Source: Candidatus Daviesbacteria bacterium (GTDB taxonomy: Bacteria; Patescibacteriota; Microgenomatia; Daviesbacterales; UBA10151). Taken from it: 44,903 nt of DNA. The stretch's first letter is position 1. Each line of letters starts with the position of its first letter. The notes beneath the pieces were generated by a model. The model was given only the letters and a program-made list of their open reading frames with translations. It had not been told where the DNA came from and made no database searches. A program made the position numbers and the translations under genes. Location: contig JAUSHL010000023.1 of the NCBI GenBank assembly GCA_030648645.1, positions 1 through 44,903 of the forward strand. Direction: 5' to 3'. Of the stretch, positions 35,707 to 43,888 are shown one piece after another.

Positions 35707-36054
35707 TTATTGTGTGGCTTCGGAGACAACTGTTTTGAAAACTTCCATATCATTGATTGCCAATTCTGCCAACATTTTTCTATTCAATAAAATATTTTTT
35801 GTTTTTAAAACTCCCATGAATTTGGAATAAGAAAGTCCTTCATTTTCCAAAGCAATATTTGTTTGGATAATCCAAAGTTTTCTCATATCTCTTCTTCTTT
35901 GTCTTCTTCCGGCAAAAGCATATTGGCCAGCGTGAAGTGCTGCTTCTTTGGCTTGTCTCACTAACTTACTTCTACCAAATTGGTAGCCTTTATTTAGCTT
36001 TTGTAATTTATTATGTCTGCTTCTTGAGGTTGTACCTCTTTTAACTCTTGCCAT
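35707..36054 (-). CDS. rplT: 50S ribosomal protein L20
   Basis: MARVKRG, YAFAGRRQRRRDMRKLWI, LNRKMLAELA. Confidence 0.97.
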   Translation of the reverse strand: MARVKRGTTSRSRHNKLQKLNKGYQFGRSKLVRQAKEAALHAGQYAFAGRRQRRRDMRKLWIIQTNIALENEGLSYSKFMGVLKTKNILLNRKMLAELAINDMEVFKTVVSEATQ

Positions 36055-36058
36055 TTTG

Positions 36059-36132
36059 TTTTAGCGTTTAGTAAATTAGCATTTAGCGTTTAGTTTTATT
36101 AACTAGACGCTAGTGACTAGAAGCTAGACGCT
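36059..36132. repeat. Degenerate heptamer repeats (TTTAGCG / CTAGACG types)
   Basis: TTTAGCGTTTAG...TTAGCATTTAGCGTTTAG and CTAGACGCTAG...CTAGAAGCTAGACGCT. Confidence 0.7.
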
Positions 36133-36279
36133 TACTCCTCCTTTTCCTCTTCTTGTTACCAAGTTGCTTATTTTACCATACCAAGACCCCATTCTGTTAA
36201 TCTTGGCATAATTTTGGGCTCCCTGTGACCCAGACAATGATCTTTTTGATTGTCTAAAGTTTTTAGTATTTGCTCCCAT
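36124..36279 (-). CDS. Unannotated 51-aa basic ORF between rpmI and rplT
   Basis: ATG 1 nt after the rpmI stop; MGANTKNFRQSKRSLSGSQGAQNYAKINRMGSWYGKISNLVTRRGKGGVSV. Confidence 0.5.
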   Translation of the reverse strand: MGANTKNFRQSKRSLSGSQGAQNYAKINRMGSWYGKISNLVTRRGKGGVSV

Positions 36280-36280
36280 T

Positions 36281-36478
36281 TTAAATACCTAGCATTCTTC
36301 TAATATTTTTTTCTAGAGATTTATGTACAGCTACTGGTTTATGGTATCGTCTTAAAGCTTCTTTGCTTTTATTTCTTCGTAAATGTCCGGTACGGTTTTG
36401 ATGAGAACGGAAAAGTTTACCACCTCTGGTAATTTTTATTCTTTTTAGCAATGCTTTTTTTGTTTTTATTTTTGGCAT
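36281..36478 (-). CDS. rpmI: 50S ribosomal protein L35
   Basis: MPKIKTKKALLKRIKITRGGK, H..RNKS. Confidence 0.95.
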   Translation of the reverse strand: MPKIKTKKALLKRIKITRGGKLFRSHQNRTGHLRRNKSKEALRRYHKPVAVHKSLEKNIRRMLGI

Positions 36479-36562
36479 ATATTTATAATTTTAAAATCCA
36501 AAATTCAAATTTTAAACCAATTTTAAAATTTAAAATTAAAAATTTAAAATTATGTTATCTTT

Positions 36563-37072
36563 TTATTTTCTAGGTCCGACTATTGTTGTCAAATTTCTTC
36601 CTTCAAACTTCGTTTCTCTCTCGATTGTTATTCTGTCTCCAAAGTAGTCGAGTACTTTATTTACTACCTGATGACCTGTTTCCGGATGAGCCATCTCTCT
36701 GCCTTTAAATTTAATAGTTAATTTTACTTTGTCACCCCTTTTTAAAAAGTTATCAGCTTTTTTAAGTCTTGTCTCTAAATCATGTTGAGCAATTCTTGGT
36801 GAAAGCCATATTTCTTTCAACTCAACATCTTTTGAATGTTTTCTGGCAGCTTGCTCTTTCTTTTCTTCTTGATATCTAAATTTTTCAAAATCAACAATTT
36901 TTGCAACAGGTGGATTAATATTTGGTGCTACTTCCACCAAATCCAAATCCTGAGCATAAGCTTTTTTTAAAGCTTCATCCCGGTTTAGAACTCCAAGTTG
37001 TTCTCCATTGGCATCGATTACTCGAAGCTCCCGAGCTTGAATTCTATCATTAACTCTAAAATATTTAGCTAT
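36563..37072 (-). CDS. infC: Translation initiation factor IF-3 (non-canonical ATA start)
   Basis: Frame extends upstream to RVNDRIQARELRVID..GEQLG; GGGAGG 7 nt before ATA at 37072; DLVEVAP...PPVAKI.D, FKGRE. Confidence 0.93.
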   Translation of the reverse strand: MAKYFRVNDRIQARELRVIDANGEQLGVLNRDEALKKAYAQDLDLVEVAPNINPPVAKIVDFEKFRYQEEKKEQAARKHSKDVELKEIWLSPRIAQHDLETRLKKADNFLKRGDKVKLTIKFKGREMAHPETGHQVVNKVLDYFGDRITIERETKFEGRNLTTIVGPRK

Positions 37073-37115
37073 TAAATTTCCTCCCTAAAAAACATCTGTT
37101 GAAATTTTAGCATAT

Positions 37116-38837
37116 TTAGGAGCGTTGCGCAATCTCATCTCTAATTTTTTTAGTAAACTCTTCCAAGGAGATAGCTCCTAAATCTTTTCCATCGCGGGTT
37201 CTGACAGCAACTTTATTTTCTTTTTCTTCTCTGTCACCAATTATTAACATATATGGAATTTTTTGCAATTGAGCATCTCTAATTTTTCCCTGCATTTTTT
37301 CTCCCCGATCATCCATTTCTGCTCTAATATTTGAGGACTTTAAGTGTTCGAGTACATTTTGTCCATATTCATTATTTCTATCAGTAATGGGTACAATTTG
37401 TACCTGAACTGGGGATAGCCAAGTCGGAAACGCTCCACCAAAATGCTCAATTAGTATTCCTACAAATCTTTCTAATGATCCATAAATTACTCTGTGGATT
37501 ACAATTGGCATTTTTTTCTTACCATCTGCATCTGTATATTCCAACCCAAAGTTTTTTGGAATCTGGAAATCTAATTGGATCGTTCCCATCTGCCATTCTC
37601 TTCCCAAAGCATCTTTCATTAAAATATCAATTTTAGGTCCGTAGAATGCTCCGTCCCCTTCGAGAATAAAGTGTTCTTTCCCACTTTCTTTTAAGATATT
37701 TTTTAATATTTCTTCTGCTTTATTCCAAGTTTCTATATCACCCATGGATTTTTCTGGTCTGGTACCTAACCTAAATGAATATTTTAGATTAAAAATGGAA
37801 TAGAACTTTTCCACTATTTCAAAAATATTTAAGTATTCTTCTTTAATCTGATCTTCTTTTACAAAAATATGGGCATCATCTTGGCTAAATTCTCTAACTC
37901 TGAGCAAACCATTTAAGGTTCCTGATCTTTCATAACGATGTAAAGTATCTGTATCACTTAATCTAAGAGGAAGATCTTTATAAGAGTGTAAATTGGAATC
38001 GTAAACCACCATTGCATTTGGACAGTTCATTGGTTTTACTCCATATTCTTCTCCCTCTTCTGTTTTAGCTATAAACATATTTTCTTTGTAATGTTCCCAA
38101 TGACCGGAAGTCACATAAAGTTCTTTTTTATTCATCAATGGTGATTTAATTTCCTGATATCCACGTTTTTCGTGTTCTTCCCGCCAAAATTTAACTAATT
38201 CATTAATAATTATGGTGCCTTTTGGAAGCCAATATGGCATACCGGGGGATGTTTGATGAAACATAAAAATGCCAAGTTGTGGACCCAATTTTTTATGATC
38301 TCTCTTCTTGGCCTCTTCTAGCATATTTAAATAATCATCTAATTCTTTTTGGGTTGGGAAACAAGTTCCATAAATTCTAGTGAGCATTTTATTTTTTTCG
38401 CTCCCTCTCCAGTAAGCTCCAGCTATTGAAAGTAATTTGAAGGCTTTAATTTCTTTAGCGGGATTTTCTACATGTCCACCTTTACAAAGATCTTCAAATT
38501 CTCCGGTTTTATACGCACGTAGGGCGTCCCCCTGTGTGGCTAGTTCCTCAATAAGTTCTAATTTATAAGGATTATCAGCAAAGATTTTTTTTGCCTCTTC
38601 TAGTGATATTTCTTTTTTCTCAACATCATTCCAGCTTTTAACGATTTCTGCCATTTCTTTTTCAATTTTAGGTAAATCTTCTTCAGAAATAGATTCTGAA
38701 AAATCAAAATCATAATAGAAACCATTTTCAATTACCGGACCAATAGTAGGTTTTGCTTTAGGGTAAAGTTTTATAACAGCAGCAGCCAAGAGATGAGCTG
38801 CACTGTGTCGTAAGTTTTCTAAATTATTTTGTGCCAT
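37116..38837 (-). CDS. thrS: Threonine--tRNA ligase (no N-terminal TGS domain)
   Basis: RHSAAHLLA, DLCKGGH, RDHKKLG, KPMNCP, LLRVREF.QDDAH, GAFYGPKID, HRVIYGSLERF. Confidence 0.97.
   Translation of the reverse strand: MAQNNLENLRHSAAHLLAAAVIKLYPKAKPTIGPVIENGFYYDFDFSESISEEDLPKIEKEMAEIVKSWNDVEKKEISLEEAKKIFADNPYKLELIEELATQGDALRAYKTGEFEDLCKGGHVENPAKEIKAFKLLSIAGAYWRGSEKNKMLTRIYGTCFPTQKELDDYLNMLEEAKKRDHKKLGPQLGIFMFHQTSPGMPYWLPKGTIIINELVKFWREEHEKRGYQEIKSPLMNKKELYVTSGHWEHYKENMFIAKTEEGEEYGVKPMNCPNAMVVYDSNLHSYKDLPLRLSDTDTLHRYERSGTLNGLLRVREFSQDDAHIFVKEDQIKEEYLNIFEIVEKFYSIFNLKYSFRLGTRPEKSMGDIETWNKAEEILKNILKESGKEHFILEGDGAFYGPKIDILMKDALGREWQMGTIQLDFQIPKNFGLEYTDADGKKKMPIVIHRVIYGSLERFVGILIEHFGGAFPTWLSPVQVQIVPITDRNNEYGQNVLEHLKSSNIRAEMDDRGEKMQGKIRDAQLQKIPYMLIIGDREEKENKVAVRTRDGKDLGAISLEEFTKKIRDEIAQRS
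38515..38538. repeat. GCACGTAGGGCGTCCCCCTGTGTG hairpin in frame within thrS
   Basis: Encodes TQGDALRA; same family as the pheT insertion. Confidence 0.75.
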
Positions 38838-38880
38838 AGATGTGGCTTGATTTTACTTCCTCCAGGTCTTATTTGTAAAG

Positions 38881-39093
38881 TTATGGTTGTACTGTAAATT
38901 GTTGGAAAAATTGACCAAGGGCAGAAAAAACTCCCAAACCTTTTAAAATATATCCCACAACTGTTACCACCACTGTGGCTCCAATTACTGACCCAACCCC
39001 CCAAGCCAATCCTCCAAAAAAATTATTTATCATTAGATGTTTTTTACTTAAAATCATATTTGCGGATAAATGTTCTTCAATTTGCGGTGTCAT
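38881..39093 (-). CDS. Small membrane protein (DUF5665-like)
   Basis: NNFFGGLAWGVGSVIGATVV. Confidence 0.65.
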   Translation of the reverse strand: MTPQIEEHLSANMILSKKHLMINNFFGGLAWGVGSVIGATVVVTVVGYILKGLGVFSALGQFFQQFTVQP

Positions 39094-39217
39094 TACTTCT
39101 ATAATGCTCAGAACTTGAGGTTGATGTCAAGAGATGTTAATATTAGTTTGAATTTTGGGCGGTATTAGATAGTTACACGCTGGTCGGAACTATCGCAACT
39201 GCCCTGAACGAAGTGAA

Positions 39218-39290
39218 GGGCAGTTAGCTCAGTTGGTAGAGCGTTTCTTTGACGTAGAAAAGGTCATAGGTTCGAATCCTATACTGCCCA
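39218..39290 (+). tRNA. tRNA-Val(GAC)
   Basis: GGGCAGT/ACTGCCC acceptor, TAGCTCAGTTGGTAGAGC D arm, TTTCT-TTGACGT-AGAAA anticodon arm, GGTTCGAATCC; CCA not encoded. Confidence 0.93.
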
Positions 39291-39295
39291 CAATA

Positions 39296-40042
39296 TTAAC
39301 CAGTAGCTTTAGAGAAATGACCGAAATTTTCTCCACCTTTAAGCATTTCATCCTTACCCATAGAGAAACCTGTTTTTGTTTTTCCAACTTGGATGGGAGA
39401 TTCTGTTTTTTTGGCTATTTTTGTTTCATCAGTTTCAGTTGCTCTAATCTCTACTAATTCATGAAGAGACAACTTATATCTACTTCCTCCAGTAAAGGAA
39501 GTATTTCTTTTTAATTTTTGATTTGCCTCTTCTACAGAAATTCTTCTACCAAGTAATCTTTCTGCTTCACTGTCAGATTTGTGCATTTCTTGCTGAGCGC
39601 TTGATATTCGGGCATTTTCTATTACTTCCAGAGCTTGTCTTAAAGCTAAACCATCTTCCATTTTTTTCTTCTCTTCCGGTTTTGGCTGTGTTTTAGGTTT
39701 CTCTGAAACAAAGACTTCTTTTGCCAAGCTTTTTAGACTTCCGCCAACTTCTTTAATACCTTCTCCGACTGCTATAGTTGTCCATTTTCCGGCTTCAAAT
39801 AAAGTGGAGGTAACCTGTGTGGGTAGTTTTGAATCAAGATGAAATTCAATTTTTCCAATTGCTGATAGGCAATTTTTTACAATGGATCCTAATTCTGGTT
39901 CTTTTTCTTCAAAAAAGCCGAATGGTCCTCCTATCGGCGTTGGTCGAGTATTTGTTTCCCCTTTATTCGAAATTTGGGTACTATTTTTTGGATCCAGCAT
40001 TTTATCCTTTCGGACAGATGAGCTAGTTCTCTTACGCCTCAC
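39296..40042 (-). CDS. Hypothetical charged protein
   Basis: 248-aa ORF, no recognised motif. Confidence 0.6.
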   Translation of the reverse strand: MRRKRTSSSVRKDKMLDPKNSTQISNKGETNTRPTPIGGPFGFFEEKEPELGSIVKNCLSAIGKIEFHLDSKLPTQVTSTLFEAGKWTTIAVGEGIKEVGGSLKSLAKEVFVSEKPKTQPKPEEKKKMEDGLALRQALEVIENARISSAQQEMHKSDSEAERLLGRRISVEEANQKLKRNTSFTGGSRYKLSLHELVEIRATETDETKIAKKTESPIQVGKTKTGFSMGKDEMLKGGENFGHFSKATG

Positions 40043-40246
40043 AGTGTAGCACTTTTAAGACAGATGTCAATGAACCTGATTAAAAGTGCCGAGGACGGAA
40101 TTTAGGCTGAGATTAAAAATATCCTTCTGACTCTATCCAAGTCTTTGGTTTGTAAATTATTAAAATTCCATCCCTTTAGATTTTTTTTAGTTATAATACA
40201 AATGCCATGAAAATTGCTTTGTAAAATAGTATATACTAAATTATAA

Positions 40247-41425
40247 ATGAACTTACAAATCGCCTGCCATCAATTATTTTTAGAAAATCGGCGGCATAAA
40301 GGAGACTTTCAGTACACTGTTCCTTCCCCAACCACTTATCCACATCAATGGCTCTGGGATTCGTGCTTTCACGCAATTATTCTTAGCCATTCCAATACCG
40401 AAGATGCCAAAAAAGAAATTTTGTCTCTTTTATCCAAACAATTTACCAATGGTTTAATCCCTCATATGATTTTTTGGAATCCTAATAATCAAAAAAATTC
40501 TAAGTTTTGGGGACAAAACGGTACCAGTTCCATCACCCAACCTCCAATTGTAGCCTACGCAGTTTGGGAAATCTTTAAAAAAGACAAAGATATTAAGTTT
40601 TTAGAAAAAATCTATCCAAATCTATACCACTTTTACCGGTACCTACTTAATGAAAGAGACCCTCATGATAAACACTTAATTGGAATTTTAAACCCTGATG
40701 AATCAGGAGAAGATGATTCTCCCCGCTTTGATGCTCTTTTGGGATTAAAATCTAAACATTCTTTTAAAACCAACTTAAATAAAAGGTTTGAATTGGTTAA
40801 AAAAAATATTGATTGTAAATTTGATGCTCCTTTTTGTATGAGAAACCTTTTTTGGGTCAAAGATGTACCTTTTAATTCTATTATGGCAGAAAATTTAAAA
40901 ATACTTGCCGATATAGCTAAAAAATTGGATTTTGATGATGATGCTAATTATTTCGTAAAACAAAGTGAACATATTATTTGGGCCATGAGAGACTTAATGC
41001 TGGAAGATGGTTTATTTTGGTCAACTTATGGTGAGGACTACAAAAAAATTAAAATTAAAACCTGGGCTATTTTTACTCCCCTTTTTGCCAACATCTTAAC
41101 CCACAAAGAAGCAGAAATATTAGTAGAAAAACATCTGCTTAACTCTAAAGAATTTTGGACTAAATACCCTATACCAACAGTTTCCTTAAAAGAGCGTTCT
41201 TTTTCTGATTTTTTCTGGCGAGGTCCTACCTGGATAGGCGCTAATTGGTTTATTTACAAAGGTTTATTAAATTATGGATTTACAGATGTTGCCAAAGATA
41301 TTAAAAATTCTTCCATACGATTGATAGAAAAATCAGGTTTTAGAGAATATTTTAACTGCCAAACAGGAGAAGGTTTAGGAGCTAAAAATTTTACCTGGGG
41401 TGGATTAGTAGTTGATATGAACTAA
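40247..41425 (+). CDS. GH63/MGH1-like (alpha/alpha)6 glycoside hydrolase
   Basis: YPHQWLWDSCFHAI, TQPP, ESGEDDSPRFD, FWRGPTWI..NW, GFREYF....GEG.GA..F.W. Confidence 0.9.
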   Translation: MNLQIACHQLFLENRRHKGDFQYTVPSPTTYPHQWLWDSCFHAIILSHSNTEDAKKEILSLLSKQFTNGLIPHMIFWNPNNQKNSKFWGQNGTSSITQPPIVAYAVWEIFKKDKDIKFLEKIYPNLYHFYRYLLNERDPHDKHLIGILNPDESGEDDSPRFDALLGLKSKHSFKTNLNKRFELVKKNIDCKFDAPFCMRNLFWVKDVPFNSIMAENLKILADIAKKLDFDDDANYFVKQSEHIIWAMRDLMLEDGLFWSTYGEDYKKIKIKTWAIFTPLFANILTHKEAEILVEKHLLNSKEFWTKYPIPTVSLKERSFSDFFWRGPTWIGANWFIYKGLLNYGFTDVAKDIKNSSIRLIEKSGFREYFNCQTGEGLGAKNFTWGGLVVDMN

Positions 41426-41427
41426 CA

Positions 41428-41510
41428 ATTGACTATATGTCGGTCAATTTCATCAATCCGTCTAATTGCCTCAACCATAGCCTCTAAATTACCTGGTTCA
41501 ACAACGTCCC
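41428..41510 (-). pseudogene. Remnant of a GT4 glycosyltransferase C-terminus
   Basis: Minus-strand frame reads GDVVEPGNLEAMVEAIRRIDEIDR with no start or N-terminal part. Confidence 0.45.
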
Positions 41511-41560
41511 CTTGATTTTTAGGGTGGCACTGCGTGTTGCCCTGCCTACTCGAGACTATG

Positions 41561-41643
41561 TGCCCGGGAGAGGAGTTGAACCTCCACGCTCTTACGAGTA
41601 ATAGGTCCTAAACCTATCGTGTATACCATTTCACCACCCGGGC
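41561..41643 (-). tRNA. tRNA-Leu(TAG)
   Basis: GCCCGGG/CCCGGGC acceptor, ATAGG-TTTAGGA-CCTAT anticodon arm, long variable arm, GGTTCAACTCC. Confidence 0.92.
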
Positions 41644-41654
41644 ATGAGTGTATT

Positions 41655-42449
41655 TTAACAAATTTTGGAAATTACTGCCTTGTGAGCTTGATTTTCCAAA
41701 GTATCGTCAAGAGGTTCAAGTTTAATCTCTTTGCCATATTTTACTTCCAGAGCTTTTTGTAAAAGCCAATCAACAAGTTTTGGATTTTTAGGTAAAAGTG
41801 ATCCGTGCATATAAGTCCCAATGGCATTTTTGTAAATACAACCTTCAGTCTGATCTTCTCCATTATTGCCAAAACCTTTAATAACTTTTCCAAGTGATGT
41901 TGCCTCATTTTTCAAATAAGTTTTCCCTGAATGGTTTTCAAATCCAACTAAATAGTCATCAGTCTTCAGTATCGCTTCGCTGTCAGCTTTCAGACTTTCT
42001 GACGACTGACGACTGACGACTGACGACTTAACTACAATATTTCCAATCATGCGATCATGACTGGCAATTGTGTAAGCTGGAAATAATCCTACTCCATGTA
42101 ATTTCGGTTTATTGTGTGGTTGATAATATGCCCCTAAAAGTTGATAGCCTCCACAAATTGCTAATAATGGGACTCCCCTCTCTACTTCTGATTTAATAAT
42201 TTTTCCCTTACCACTAGAAACAAGGTCGGAAGCCACGAGCTCTTGTGCCTGATCTTGTCCTCCACCAAAAAAGAAAATATCTACTGCTATCCCACCTGGG
42301 GGGTGGTCTAGCTTGGCACCTAGGGAAATATTGATGACATCGACTTCAATTCCTCTCCACTGGGCTCTTTTTTGCAATGCAATAATATTTCCTGTATCAC
42401 CATAAATATTCATTAAATCCGGATATAAATAACCTATTATTATTTTCAT
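41655..42449 (-). CDS. gatD: Lipid II isoglutaminyl synthase, glutamine amidotransferase subunit (CobQ/GatD-like)
   Basis: LYPDLMNIYGD.GN, GGGQD, AICGGYQLLG, GFENHSG, YMHGSLLPKNP. Confidence 0.9.
   Translation of the reverse strand: MKIIIGYLYPDLMNIYGDTGNIIALQKRAQWRGIEVDVINISLGAKLDHPPGGIAVDIFFFGGGQDQAQELVASDLVSSGKGKIIKSEVERGVPLLAICGGYQLLGAYYQPHNKPKLHGVGLFPAYTIASHDRMIGNIVVKSSVVSRQSSESLKADSEAILKTDDYLVGFENHSGKTYLKNEATSLGKVIKGFGNNGEDQTEGCIYKNAIGTYMHGSLLPKNPKLVDWLLQKALEVKYGKEIKLEPLDDTLENQAHKAVISKIC
41999..42028. repeat. Heptamer repeat (CTGACGA)4 in frame within gatD
   Basis: Encodes SSVVSRQSS; adjacent to a further insert at 41960-41998. Confidence 0.9.
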
Positions 42450-42460
42450 ATTTCTAGAGT

Positions 42461-42518
42461 AACTTCTCGTCACCTTGTTCCTCGAAGAATATTATTGTTC
42501 GAGTGATTAGCGAGAACT
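42461..42518. repeat. Multi-stem palindromic element between murT and gatD
   Basis: TTCTCG/CGAGAA, TCAC/GTGA and TCGAAGAATA/TATTGTTCGA stems; shares AACTTCTC...TCGAAGAATA with the 36-bp pilin repeat. Confidence 0.55.
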
Positions 42519-43852
42519 TACTTATTTTCCTCCCAATAATTATTTTTTAATCCTTGCTTTGTTAAAATGCTTTGTAATTCAAGAAGAGCTGTATAGGTTG
42601 GTAAGATGAAAAGGGAGCCTTTTAAGCCTGTTTGAGCTTCTTTAAAGGCCTTTTCCAGAATGTTTTCGACAATAATTGAATTAGAATCAAAACCAGCATA
42701 TTTGAGTCTCAAAGCGAGATCTTGAGCACGAGTGCCAGAAACTATTATGTCATTCCCGCGAAAGCGGGAATCTAGTTTATTGTGTTCTGGATCCCGCATT
42801 AAGTGCGGGATGACAGGTGGCTTTAAATGCAGAATTTCAAAATTTACATCCCAGATCCAGGAAACGTCGGTTCCGTCAGCAAAATTATCATTTAAAGCCA
42901 ATAGCAATCTATCCTGAGATTTTATTTCCGGAGCCACGGTTTGTAAAACCTGAGTTGCTCCTGCCGGATTTTTGATCAGAAAAATGCAACCGAATTCGAA
43001 CTTTTCTACTCTACCAAAAGCCGGTGAGAAATTTTGTAAAGCTGTTTTCATAGTAGATTCTGGGATTTGTAAATAATCTGCTACAGCATATGATGCTAAA
43101 AAATTATAAACGTTGTAGATCCCCGGAACTGGTAGAGAAAAACTTTCAGAATTAATCTTGAATTCTATTTTATCCAACCCCCGAGGTTGGATATTGGTAG
43201 CCTCAAAATTTAATTTTTCATTTTCTTTTTGGTGAATTATTTTTTCTCCGGAAATTTTGCAATCTTTAACACCAAAAATCCGGATTTTCCCTTTAAAACA
43301 TTTTTTTAATTCCAATAGATTATGATCATCCCCATTGATTAAAATTTCTGTTTTATGATCAATTTTAGTTAAAGTTTGACACCATTTGGAAATTACCGAA
43401 TCTACTTCTCCATACCTATCCAATTGATCTCTAAAAGCATTCAAAAAAACAATCATATTTGGATTTAGTTTTAAGGCTACATTATTAAAAGCAGCTTCAT
43501 CCAATTCCCAGATGGCTAAGTCTAGGTTACAGGTTCTAGGGAACAGGTTACAGTTAGCAATTAGTGTAGAGGCGATGCCACGCTCAAGATTTGAACCTGT
43601 GGAATTCCTGATAATTTTTAGGCCATGTGCAATGGCCACTTGAGCTATCATTCTGGCAGTGGTTGTTTTACCATTTGTGCCTGTGATAATAATTGTCTGA
43701 GGAATTTTGGATGCTAAATCCTTAACTAAATTGGGATAAATTTTTAAAGCATAATATCCGGGAGCAGCTGAACCTCCTCCAATTTTTAGAATTTGTGTGA
43801 TATAGAAAATGATTTTACCCAATAAAATAGCAGCAATTAATTTAATTGACAT
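42518..43852 (-). CDS. murT: Lipid II isoglutaminyl synthase, Mur ligase subunit (MurT, DUF1727)
   Basis: ITGTNGKTTT, GSNL..GI, ELDE, N.FRDQLDRYGE, LIKNPAG, ADGTDVSWIWD, PTYTALL. Confidence 0.9.
   Translation of the reverse strand: MSIKLIAAILLGKIIFYITQILKIGGGSAAPGYYALKIYPNLVKDLASKIPQTIIITGTNGKTTTARMIAQVAIAHGLKIIRNSTGSNLERGIASTLIANCNLFPRTCNLDLAIWELDEAAFNNVALKLNPNMIVFLNAFRDQLDRYGEVDSVISKWCQTLTKIDHKTEILINGDDHNLLELKKCFKGKIRIFGVKDCKISGEKIIHQKENEKLNFEATNIQPRGLDKIEFKINSESFSLPVPGIYNVYNFLASYAVADYLQIPESTMKTALQNFSPAFGRVEKFEFGCIFLIKNPAGATQVLQTVAPEIKSQDRLLLALNDNFADGTDVSWIWDVNFEILHLKPPVIPHLMRDPEHNKLDSRFRGNDIIVSGTRAQDLALRLKYAGFDSNSIIVENILEKAFKEAQTGLKGSLFILPTYTALLELQSILTKQGLKNNYWEENK
42748..42815. mobile_element. 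68-bp dRS3-like palindromic element in frame within murT
   Basis: TGTCATTCCCGCGAAAGCGGGAATC...GATCCCGCATTAAGTGCGGGATGACA; contains ATTCCC-N8-GGGAAT. Confidence 0.85.
43171..43193. repeat. Palindrome TATCCAACCCCCGAGGTTGGATA in frame within murT
   Basis: Same core as the recG insertion at 17441-17484. Confidence 0.85.
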
Positions 43853-43888
43853 AAAATTCTTCTATAAAGAATTGTAGCAATTTGAAGC

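Noticed and set aside
36563-36946. infC as a truncated pseudogene
   Set aside because: The frame continues upstream to a non-canonical ATA start with a good SD sequence, which is normal for infC.
38838-39215. T-box riboswitch upstream of thrS
   Set aside because: No T-box consensus found on the - strand, and a small CDS occupies most of the region.
39233-39457. 74-aa ORF starting inside tRNA-Val
   Set aside because: Overlaps the tRNA and an antisense CDS; spurious.
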